Of a stretch of 64,000 nt of DNA, positions 47,355 through 55,444 are shown piece by piece. Position 1 is the first letter of the stretch. Every line of letters starts with the position of its first letter. This DNA comes from an uncultured bacterium (lineage in GTDB: Bacteria > Patescibacteriota > Patescibacteriia > Patescibacteriales > UBA12465), in contig CAJAVM010000003.1 of NCBI GenBank assembly GCA_903945435.1, forward strand, positions 1,352-65,351, given 5' to 3'. Below the pieces are notes generated by a model. The model did no database searches, was not told the DNA's origin, and was given only the letters and a program-made list of their open reading frames with translations. The position numbers were made by a program, and so were the translations under genes.

Positions 47355-50231
47355 TTGTTTTTAGGAGTAAAGTCTAAATATAATTATAAAAGAAGCAAAA
47401 ATATGATTCAACAAAAATTTCCAAGAGGCTCGGAGTGGAGAAAATGGGATTTGCACGTGCATACTCCAGCTTCATTTTTTTGGGTAGGAGGCAAAAAATT
47501 AAAGGATTTATCTGATGAAATTAAGGAAGGCCATGTTGAATCAGAAAAAGATGAAGAAATAAAAAAATTCATAAAAGCCGTTAATGAATCGGACGTAGCA
47601 GTTTTTTGTATAATGGATTATTGGACGTTTGATTGGTATATAGAGCTAAAAAAATATTTACTAAGGCACCCAGGAGAATTGAACAAAACCATTTTTCCTG
47701 GTATGGAGTTGCGTGTTGAATGCCCAGTTGACTATAGACTCAATATTCATTTTATTTTGTCAGATAAATTAACTGAACAGAATTTAAATGATTTTAAGTC
47801 AGAATTAATGATAAGATCAGTTAACAGAAAATTGTCGGAGGAGGCCTTAATTGCTTCTGCAAAAATGCTAGACGCCAGTAAGGCTGCGGTGCATGGATAT
47901 GGAGACCCGTCTGTTTTGTCCGATGAAAAGTTATTAGAATTAGGTTCTAAAACGGTAGAAATAACAAAAGATTCTTTAAATACAGCATTAAAAAATATTC
48001 CGCCAGAGTCAGGCTATATTATTTTACCATATGATACCTCCGATGGACTTATTGATTTGGATTGGAAAACTCATCCACACGATGATAATTATTTCATGCA
48101 AACGGCTAGTATTATTGAAACTAGAAAAGCGGATAATGTAGATTTGTTCAATTGTTTGAAAACTGAAGCAAATAAAGATTTTTTTATTAATTTTAGTAAG
48201 ACTATTAAAAATACACCAAAACCATGTGTTTCTGGAAGTGATGCCCATGAGTATAAAAATTATGGAAAATATCCATCTGATAAAATTACATGGGTTAAGG
48301 CTGACCCAACATTTGAAGGTTTAAAACAAATAATATATGAGCCAGTAGATAGGGTTAAAATTCAAGAGTCTAGACCGGAAGAAAAAGATGATTACCAAGT
48401 TATAGATAAAATAAATTTTATAGACAATAAGTTTTTGCCAGACGATATATTAATAAATGAAAACTTAACAACGATTATCGGAGGTAAGTCTACTGGAAAG
48501 TCAGTTTTATTAAGAAATATAGCTAAAACTATTGACCCCGAAGAAGTTAAAACAAGACTTGGAGAGGTTGGCTTATCTGAATACGAAAAAGATGTAGAAG
48601 GATTCAAGGTTATTTGGAAAGATGGGCAGGAAAATGTTAAAAATGAAGATAAAGGAGTTAGAAAAAAAATTATTTATATACCGCAATCATATCTCAACAG
48701 ACTGGTAGATAAAAAAGAAGATAAAACATCTATAGACGAAATAATCAGAAATGTTCTACAACAGGATGATGAGGTAAGCAAAGCATTTGAGGAATTGAAA
48801 GAGTTTGAAAGAAATAATGAAAAAGAAATTTCTAAAAATGTGGATGATCTTTTTTACTCCAAAAAAGATTTTGCTGAACAATCTGAACTTATCAAAAATA
48901 TTGGCGACAAAAGGGGTATTTCTGAACAAATAAAAAGATTAGAGGTAGAAATTAAGGATTTGAAGGAAAAGGCTGGCATGACCCCCGATCAGATTTCTAA
49001 TTATAATTTATTAACGGAGAAAATAGGCAAAATAAAAAAGGAGAAGGAAGTAATTAACAACGATTTAATTTATTTAGATGCATTATCAAAAACAGATCCA
49101 TTCTTATTTATAGACTTTGAAGGGATTTCGTTGGAAATTAAAAATGGAATTTCCACTGATTTTGATAAATTAAAAATGGAATTTATTATTTCATGGCAGG
49201 CTCGTATTAGTGTAAGTGTAGGCAAACTTAACGAGGATTTAATCACAAAGGAATTAGAATTAATATCGGCTACAGATGAGTTAAATCCGTTATTAGAAAA
49301 AGCTAGAGAGAGTCGTGCATTAAATGAAAAAATTTCTAGATTAGATGGCGAAAAAAGTAAACTTAACACAATAGAAAAAGAAGAGTTGAAGCTAGAAAAA
49401 ATTAGACAAAATTATTTTAAATCGTTGTCTAATATGTCCGAATTGCACTTGGAATTTTATAATAAATATTTTGACAGTAGGGCTAAAATATTGAAACAGA
49501 CTATCATAGATGGAGAGATAACTTTTGATTTAAACGTTTCTTTCAGAAGTTTGTATTTTCAGAAAAATATTAATGAAATATTTGACCAAAGAAAATTGTC
49601 TAAATTTACCGATGTTAATATATTAGATTATTCATATTCTGATAATATTAATTTAAAACAGGACATAAGCAAAGTTATTTCTGGAATTTTATCTGAAAAG
49701 TTAGTCTTGAAAAGTGGCTATTCAAAAAAGGATGCAATAAATAAGATGTTACAGAATTGGTTTTCTTTAGATTATGCTATTAAGCAGAATGATGACGATA
49801 TTTCACAGATGTCTCCAGGAAAGAAGTCATTTGTTTTATTGAAATTATTAATAGAGCTTGATAAAAGCAAGTGCCCTATATTGTTAGACCAGCCAGAAGA
49901 CGATTTGGATAACAGATCTATATATAATGATTTAGTTAGGTTTATAAAAGATAAGAAGAAAGGAAGGCAAATTATTATAGCAACGCATAATCCGAATTTG
50001 GTTATTGGTGCGGATGCTGAAAATATTATTGTTGCCAACCAAAGTGGTGAAAAGACCCCAAACAAAACTTTTCAATTTGAGTATGTCACAGGCTCTATTG
50101 AGGATTCTTTTGAAAATAGTGGAGAAACAGCAATTTTATATCAGAAAGGTATTCAAGAACACGCCTGTGATATATTAGAAGGCGGTGAAGATGCCTTTAA
50201 GAAGCGAAAGCGACAATATAGTTTTAATTAA
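47355..50231 (+). CDS. PHP-domain phosphoesterase fused to ABC/Rad50-like (AAA_15/AAA_21-type) coiled-coil ATPase; Ppl-like
   Basis: PHP motifs WDLHVHTP, GMELRV and SGSDAHEY. Walker A IIGGKSTGKS. A coiled-coil of about 250 aa. A signature-like MSPGKKS, Walker B ILLDQPEDD and the H-loop IIATHNP. The called start is TTG at 47355. The ATG at 47403 (MIQQKFPRGSEWRKWDLHVHTP) is more likely the true start. Confidence 0.7.
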   Translation: MFLGVKSKYNYKRSKNMIQQKFPRGSEWRKWDLHVHTPASFFWVGGKKLKDLSDEIKEGHVESEKDEEIKKFIKAVNESDVAVFCIMDYWTFDWYIELKKYLLRHPGELNKTIFPGMELRVECPVDYRLNIHFILSDKLTEQNLNDFKSELMIRSVNRKLSEEALIASAKMLDASKAAVHGYGDPSVLSDEKLLELGSKTVEITKDSLNTALKNIPPESGYIILPYDTSDGLIDLDWKTHPHDDNYFMQTASIIETRKADNVDLFNCLKTEANKDFFINFSKTIKNTPKPCVSGSDAHEYKNYGKYPSDKITWVKADPTFEGLKQIIYEPVDRVKIQESRPEEKDDYQVIDKINFIDNKFLPDDILINENLTTIIGGKSTGKSVLLRNIAKTIDPEEVKTRLGEVGLSEYEKDVEGFKVIWKDGQENVKNEDKGVRKKIIYIPQSYLNRLVDKKEDKTSIDEIIRNVLQQDDEVSKAFEELKEFERNNEKEISKNVDDLFYSKKDFAEQSELIKNIGDKRGISEQIKRLEVEIKDLKEKAGMTPDQISNYNLLTEKIGKIKKEKEVINNDLIYLDALSKTDPFLFIDFEGISLEIKNGISTDFDKLKMEFIISWQARISVSVGKLNEDLITKELELISATDELNPLLEKARESRALNEKISRLDGEKSKLNTIEKEELKLEKIRQNYFKSLSNMSELHLEFYNKYFDSRAKILKQTIIDGEITFDLNVSFRSLYFQKNINEIFDQRKLSKFTDVNILDYSYSDNINLKQDISKVISGILSEKLVLKSGYSKKDAINKMLQNWFSLDYAIKQNDDDISQMSPGKKSFVLLKLLIELDKSKCPILLDQPEDDLDNRSIYNDLVRFIKDKKKGRQIIIATHNPNLVIGADAENIIVANQSGEKTPNKTFQFEYVTGSIEDSFENSGETAILYQKGIQEHACDILEGGEDAFKKRKRQYSFN

Positions 50232-50256
50232 TTTATAAATTGGCAAAATTAATAGT

Positions 50257-51012
50257 ATGTTTAATATTCAAAATATTATAAATTTTATACCAATTGCTGT
50301 AATTATTTCAGCTATTGTTTTTTTAGTAAAATTCTTTGGAAAAGCGAGCACCGATCAGGTTCCGTTTGCTGATAATAGATCTTGGCATGAAGAATTATTT
50401 GGAATTGAATTTTTTGCCACCAGACTTGCATCTCCTTTAATATTCATATTTATTTTATATTCACGTCACTGGAATCCGCTGAAATTTACATCGGATGATT
50501 TATGGCTTTTTATTTTTGGAATTATTTCGGTAGTCATGCTTAACTTAGCTTCAAAAAATGCATTTAAATTTTTTAAAGATGATAACTTTGACGACGGGAA
50601 TCTTTTATCACTTTTAAAAAAGTTATATAAAAATAAAAATGATGAAAAGTTTGAACAAGGAGAAAATTTGTTAATTCTAAAACACCTTGTTTTCCCAGTA
50701 GTCGCTTATTTTATGATGGTGATGCTCATTCTTTTTTATGAATGGGGATCTTATTACCATTTATTAATTGCAATAATTTATTTCTTATTTTTTCTCTTAT
50801 CGTTTGCCCTTTTATTATCATTAAAAAAACGGAATATATTAAAGGCTAATATAAAATTTATCAACAATGAGGAAGAAGAAATAAAAGATTGCAGGGTCTT
50901 AAGGATAAATGAAGATAATATCAAAGTTAAAATTACAAATAATAAAGTTATAATTTTAAATAAGTCCACTGTTTCGAGGATAGAATTTGTTAATAATAAT
51001 TTGGAAAACTAA
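50257..51012 (+). CDS. polytopic membrane protein (4-5 TM) with C-terminal soluble domain
   Basis: Hydrophobic helices (IPIAVIISAIVFLV; LIFIFILY; LWLFIFGIISVVML; VFPVVAYFMMVMLILF; LLIAIIYFLFFLLSFALLL). It starts 25 bp after the PHP-ATPase stop. Confidence 0.45.
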   Translation: MFNIQNIINFIPIAVIISAIVFLVKFFGKASTDQVPFADNRSWHEELFGIEFFATRLASPLIFIFILYSRHWNPLKFTSDDLWLFIFGIISVVMLNLASKNAFKFFKDDNFDDGNLLSLLKKLYKNKNDEKFEQGENLLILKHLVFPVVAYFMMVMLILFYEWGSYYHLLIAIIYFLFFLLSFALLLSLKKRNILKANIKFINNEEEEIKDCRVLRINEDNIKVKITNNKVIILNKSTVSRIEFVNNNLEN

Positions 51013-51571
51013 ATTTATGGGCATAGCTTATAAAAATTTTTGGAGTTTAAATACCGACGAAGCCGTTGTGGCTGGTATTTTAAGAAATGCCACCAGCAAA
51101 GATGTGGAAGTGTTAATGCCGTTAAATGCCCAAATGAAAGGAGTCGATCTTTACCTGTTAAATATTAAGACTAAAAATATTATAACTATTCAAGTAAAGG
51201 GAAGCAGGGCGTATGAACCACAGAAGGCTGAAGTCAAAAAATATGGTGACGGTTCAGGCGGTTGGTTTTTCTTTCCAAAAGAAGTAGTAACTAATGCGAC
51301 AGCAGATTTTTTCTGTTTTTTGATTTACATACTTGAAGAAAACGGAAAAACAGGAAGAAGAATTATTACGCCACATACATTAATGATCCCGACGCAAGTT
51401 TTAAAAGAAAAAAGTTTAAAATATAAAAAAACCCATGGGGATGGCCGCTTTAGTTATAAGATTTGGGTTAACCCATCAGACAAAAAGGCTTTTGATTTTA
51501 GAGATGAAAAAATTGATTTCGATGATTTTTTGGATAAAAAAGGTTTTGCTGTGATTAATAAAGAATTATAA
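50987..51571 (+). CDS. hypothetical protein, possible PD-(D/E)xK (restriction-endonuclease-like) fold
   Basis: E...D...QVK pattern (DVEV ... GVDLYLLN ... IQVKG). The true start is probably the ATG at 51017 (MGIAYKN). Inference only. Confidence 0.3.
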   Translation: MLIIIWKTKFMGIAYKNFWSLNTDEAVVAGILRNATSKDVEVLMPLNAQMKGVDLYLLNIKTKNIITIQVKGSRAYEPQKAEVKKYGDGSGGWFFFPKEVVTNATADFFCFLIYILEENGKTGRRIITPHTLMIPTQVLKEKSLKYKKTHGDGRFSYKIWVNPSDKKAFDFRDEKIDFDDFLDKKGFAVINKEL

Positions 51572-51585
51572 ATATTTTTCTTGGT

Positions 51586-52719
51586 ATGATTGAAGAATTT
51601 TTTAAAAAAGATCCAATTGAAAAAGTTGAAAGAGAACTGAGATTTTTGGTGTGGGATATCCTTTCTCAGAAATACGGTGAAGGCTGGATTTATAATGAGG
51701 AAATTATTTGCAAACAAAAATGGGCAGATGAATTAAAAAAAGTTTTTGAAAAAGATAAAAAAATACAACATAACGATAATATTCGTGAATTGTTGATTTC
51801 ATATGCCGATTTTTTTGACATAAAAAAGCTTATAAAGAAAAATCGATCATTATTTGAATCTGTTTTTTCTAATTTTGAAGTTATTGTCGGCTATATTGAA
51901 ACTATTATTGGTCTTCGTAATGCAATTAAACATCATCGCGATATCTCATTAAATCAGCAACATCTTTTAATAGGAATATGCGGAGAAATAATTGATGCAA
52001 TTAACCTCTGGAGAATAGGATCAAAAATAGAATTAGATCGAATCGTTTTGTCTTTTAATGATTATATTGCGACTGAGGGGAAAAGTGAAACGCAAATTTT
52101 GTCGGAGGCAATTGAAAAAATAAATGAAATTCAAAATATTTTTTTGCATTCTTTAAAAAGTAATAGTATTGAGATTTTTAATACGAATAATAGTAGTGAT
52201 TTTGAAACCGTAATTAATACTCAGTATATTAAAATTGAGATAAGAACAAATAATAAAATCACTCCTGACAGTAAAATAGACAATATAGAATATAAGACTA
52301 TTCATAGTCGCTTGAGCTACAAAGCTGAATGCCCAGTGTCCCTAGACTTGATAATGGCAAATACAAATAAAACCTATCGGGTTATAGAGTATCTATTAAA
52401 AGGATTTATAGATATTAATCGTTTGAAAGAATGGTCTGAAAGACAGGCGGGGCTAACTCCTGGATCAAGCGTTGCCACGAACGGATCTTTTGATAGTATT
52501 GATTATGGTTTTTTGGGTGGAAAAATTAGAGTTCAGGCGGGGAAGCATGTGAATGAATTAAATGAAATTTGCGGAAAATTATCTTTATTGAATAATATTA
52601 ATGCTGAAAAATGGAATCCGCATTCAAATATAACGCCTAATGATTTAATAGGATTTATGCTTGGTAATATTTCTTCAAGAACTATCATGAATCTTTACAG
52701 AGAATCATTAGGTAAATAA
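51586..52719 (+). CDS. HEPN-domain protein (Rx4H motif), Abi/Swt1-like
   Basis: LRNAIKHH at aa 110-117 (nt 51913-51936) gives the HEPN Rx4-6H signature in a helical context. 377 aa. Confidence 0.4.
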   Translation: MIEEFFKKDPIEKVERELRFLVWDILSQKYGEGWIYNEEIICKQKWADELKKVFEKDKKIQHNDNIRELLISYADFFDIKKLIKKNRSLFESVFSNFEVIVGYIETIIGLRNAIKHHRDISLNQQHLLIGICGEIIDAINLWRIGSKIELDRIVLSFNDYIATEGKSETQILSEAIEKINEIQNIFLHSLKSNSIEIFNTNNSSDFETVINTQYIKIEIRTNNKITPDSKIDNIEYKTIHSRLSYKAECPVSLDLIMANTNKTYRVIEYLLKGFIDINRLKEWSERQAGLTPGSSVATNGSFDSIDYGFLGGKIRVQAGKHVNELNEICGKLSLLNNINAEKWNPHSNITPNDLIGFMLGNISSRTIMNLYRESLGK

Positions 52720-52723
52720 AAAA

Positions 52724-53716
52724 ATGTCTGGATACGATCAAACAATAAAAATAAAAGTAAAATTTCAAGAAGACACTAAAAAGTTTTTAAAATTTTTAAA
52801 TTCTGTTGGCAAAAAGTACAAACGACCAACAATAATAAATTATAGATATCTTGGAAGGGGCAGATTCAATCTTATAGTTGATGGTGGCCCTGGTGGAATA
52901 GATGCTTTATTTCAAGAATTAGTGCTTAACAAGGGGTTGTATTATTACGGTTGCACTTTAAATAATAAAAAAGATATTATTTCCAATGTCATCCTTCCCG
53001 TATTTAGGCAGTTAATAGATAGGAGATTCGAAAATTCTCAGTCAAGATTTTTAAGAAAACATATACTAGGAAAATCTGCTCAGACAGAATTTGTCCCTTC
53101 TAATGCCACTGGTCGATTTAGTTATTTAATGGAAATCATATATAGAAAATGGGATATCGGAATTATAACAAATAAAGATTATATAATAGAAATTGATGGG
53201 GTTTTAAATAGTTTTTTAATGAATAAACTCGGATATAAAGAGGGCGATAGGAGTCCGAAATTCGATAGACTATTATCTAGTTTTAAAAAATCATTTTTAA
53301 TAAATGATATGCAGGGAGTCTTTCATGATGTTCATAAAATGAAAACGGAAGTATATCATAGACTTAGTGATATTAAAACAAAGGACAAATTGGAATTTAT
53401 ATCTAATAACTTGTTAAGCTATTTTAATTATTTTGATGAATTTGAGGCATCACAAAAAATAAAAACGATTAAGATTAGAGGAAAGAGGTATAGGAGAATA
53501 AAATATGGTTATGAAAAATGTGTGGATAGTAACGGACTTCCTTATCTGAATGACGATGGGACTCCAATTGACTGGGTAAAAATATCAAGCGAAAAAGATT
53601 GTCATGATTGCGGGGTGAAAAGAGGCCAGTATCACGTTGAGGGTTGTGATGCTGAGGTTTGTCCGAAGTGCGGAGGGCAATATATTAGTTTTGATTGCGG
53701 ATTGCCAACTTATTAA
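52724..53716 (+). CDS. hypothetical protein with C-terminal zinc-finger/zinc-ribbon
   Basis: C-terminal CHDCG...H...C...CPKCGGQY...C. It starts 4 bp after the HEPN gene stop. Confidence 0.35.
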   Translation: MSGYDQTIKIKVKFQEDTKKFLKFLNSVGKKYKRPTIINYRYLGRGRFNLIVDGGPGGIDALFQELVLNKGLYYYGCTLNNKKDIISNVILPVFRQLIDRRFENSQSRFLRKHILGKSAQTEFVPSNATGRFSYLMEIIYRKWDIGIITNKDYIIEIDGVLNSFLMNKLGYKEGDRSPKFDRLLSSFKKSFLINDMQGVFHDVHKMKTEVYHRLSDIKTKDKLEFISNNLLSYFNYFDEFEASQKIKTIKIRGKRYRRIKYGYEKCVDSNGLPYLNDDGTPIDWVKISSEKDCHDCGVKRGQYHVEGCDAEVCPKCGGQYISFDCGLPTY

Positions 53717-53750
53717 AAATACCGCCTTCGACCTAGGCGGTATTTTGTAT
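53716..53750. terminator. strong bidirectional rho-independent terminator
   Basis: Perfect 11 bp stem aaaataccgcc/ggcggtatttt with loop ttcgaccta. Confidence 0.55.
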
Positions 53751-53824
53751 AAAAAATCCTAAATTATTTTGCCCCGTATCGCTTGCATTTTTACATTTTG
53801 ACAAACAAAATAAAATAGAATTAT

Positions 53825-54034
53825 TTATCTTCGATGTTGTATCTGATCAACTCTATTTTCCTTTAGATAATTAATAATATCTTCTTCGGAAAAACGGAGA
53901 ACACCATTTATCTTGTAGAAGGGAATTTTTCTTCCTTCGACAATGCGATAGGCGGTAGTCTGGGATATGTTAAATATTTGACCAAGATCTTTAATTGATA
54001 GGAGTTTTAAATTTTTTAGAGACATGTCATTCAT
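53825..54034 (-). CDS. excisionase/AlpA-family HTH DNA-binding protein
   Basis: 69 aa. LSIKDLGQIFNISQTTAYRIVEGRKIPFYKINGVLRFSEEDIINYLKE matches the HTH_17/excisionase-family domain pattern. Confidence 0.6.
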   Translation of the reverse strand: MNDMSLKNLKLLSIKDLGQIFNISQTTAYRIVEGRKIPFYKINGVLRFSEEDIINYLKENRVDQIQHRR

Positions 54035-54105
54035 ATCCTCTATTTTACTATAAAATTAAATAATTTAGAATATTGTTCCTTGTGCTATTATTTGTTGGTT
54101 TAGTC

Positions 54106-54154
54106 AAATGGAACACGGGAAAATGCCCCTTGTGGTGTGCCATTTGTTCCATTT
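54106..54154. promoter_or_regulatory. 10 bp perfect inverted repeat aaatggaaca/tgttccattt upstream of the Xis-like gene
   Basis: Arms at 54106-54115 and 54145-54154. Direct repeats of ttgttcc and ccttgtg also occur in 54072-54133. Confidence 0.3.
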
Positions 54155-54337
54155 ACCCACTAAATACCCGACCGACTGCCGTTATTTCGCCCCAATATAT
54201 ATCTTCAAAAAACCTTTGAAAATTGCTATATCCTTGGTTCTAGACAGACACGGGGAGCTAAATAAAAAACTGCGTACTATAATGGTATGCAGTTTTTTAT
54301 TTGATCAAATAATTTTAAGGTTTATTGTAATTTACTA

Positions 54338-55216
54338 CTAAAATGAATCTGCAAGTTTCTTAATAAGATTAGTATTATTTACTGGCCTTAATCTAGCAAG
54401 AAAAAACCTATTAATCTCAGATTGCTGTTCGCCAGCAATTACAGAAACAGCCGCTTGATATCCAGCTTTCTCGACGTACTCAGCGATAGCTTTATTAAAC
54501 GAACCGTAAGGATAAGCAATTGTCGCAACTGGGGCTTTAAATCGTTTTTCAAGCAATGTTTTACTTAAAGTTACCTGACGTTTAGCCTCATTTTTATTTA
54601 GAGAGGTAAGCATTTTGTGATCCAGAGCATGGGAACCAATTTCCACTAAGCCGCTATTCATCATCTCTTTAATCATATCTTCCGTTAAATAATCAGGGGC
54701 ATTAATAGCATTATATATTACATAAACAGTTGCCTTAATTTGATATTTTTTGAGAAGAGGAAATACGTATTCATAAAAATCACGGTAACCATCATCAAAA
54801 GTTAGGGCAATATTTTTCTCTTTAGTAAAATCACCGTTAACTCTTGAAGCGACTTGGCTCATGGTTATTGTTTGAAATTTTGATTTATTAATTAACTCTA
54901 ATTGTTGTTCAAAAATTTCAGGAGAAATTGTTAGACTAGCTCTTAAAGCATCATCCTTTTTTAAAGGTTCAACGTAATGATATAGAAGAATTGGTAGATA
55001 CACAGAGTTAGTGCGAGCCTCTACTTCAGGCGATGTTTTATTTTCAGAAGTGGCAGTAGGGGGGTTTTCTTCTGTTGAGCTTGCATTAAGAGGTTCATTA
55101 TAAATATCTAGCATTGCCGATATTTGTTGATTAAACATTAAACTTTCCGCTTCTTTATTTTTAGTTTTTTCAAATTTGATTTTTATGTATATACCTAAAA
55201 TTAAAAAAACAATCAC
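54338..55216 (-). CDS. polysaccharide deacetylase (NodB homology domain), membrane-anchored
   Basis: IALTFDDGYRDFYEYVFPLLKKYQIKATVYVI (NodB motifs TFDDG and H-x-x-H context). N-terminal TM helix. Confidence 0.7.
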   Translation of the reverse strand: MIVFLILGIYIKIKFEKTKNKEAESLMFNQQISAMLDIYNEPLNASSTEENPPTATSENKTSPEVEARTNSVYLPILLYHYVEPLKKDDALRASLTISPEIFEQQLELINKSKFQTITMSQVASRVNGDFTKEKNIALTFDDGYRDFYEYVFPLLKKYQIKATVYVIYNAINAPDYLTEDMIKEMMNSGLVEIGSHALDHKMLTSLNKNEAKRQVTLSKTLLEKRFKAPVATIAYPYGSFNKAIAEYVEKAGYQAAVSVIAGEQQSEINRFFLARLRPVNNTNLIKKLADSF

Positions 55217-55391
55217 TATGAAAGATAGGACTATAAAAAGTGGCTTATTTACCTTAGATTGTTTTAATGAGAAGAATTTAATAACAATATAACTGTTAAT
55301 GATTAAAGCTGTGCAGGTTTATTCTAAAAGTCTAATTTAGTATATACAATTTATCAAATAAATCAATAACTGACAAAAAATAATTAATCTG

Positions 55392-55400
55392 TGATATAAT
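55392..55400 (+). promoter_or_regulatory. extended -10 promoter element TGATATAAT
   Basis: TGnTATAAT lies 45 bp upstream of the 55445 start codon. Confidence 0.3.
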
Positions 55401-55444
55401 ATAATTAAGCTTATTAGCTCTTTTGCTGGAATATTATTTAGGTT

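Larger units (their letters stand above)
36662..54337. mobile_element. integrated mobile genetic element(s) / genomic island adjacent to tRNA-Gln (R-M cassette, serine recombinase, terminase TerS/TerL, phage-type DNA methyltransferases, candidate defence operon, excisionase-like HTH)
   Basis: A tRNA lies at one edge. The region carries a large serine recombinase, terminase genes, ParB-MTase and AlpA/Xis-like genes, with host-like genes on both sides (lysS and tRNA-Gln on the left, a polysaccharide deacetylase on the right). The exact ends are not defined because no clear direct repeats were found. Confidence 0.55.

Noticed and set aside
48024-50065. Minus-strand ORFs 48024..48248, 48392..48607, 49070..49369 and 49772..50065 inside the PHP-ATPase gene
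   Set aside because: These are antisense-embedded ORFs of 70-100 aa with low-complexity translation. The sense-strand gene has clear catalytic motifs.
54108-54341. 77 aa + strand ORF in the 300 bp region between the Xis-like gene and the deacetylase
   Set aside because: It lies across inverted and direct repeats and a terminator-like hairpin. It has no RBS-like context and an odd composition. It is treated as a non-coding boundary or regulatory region.
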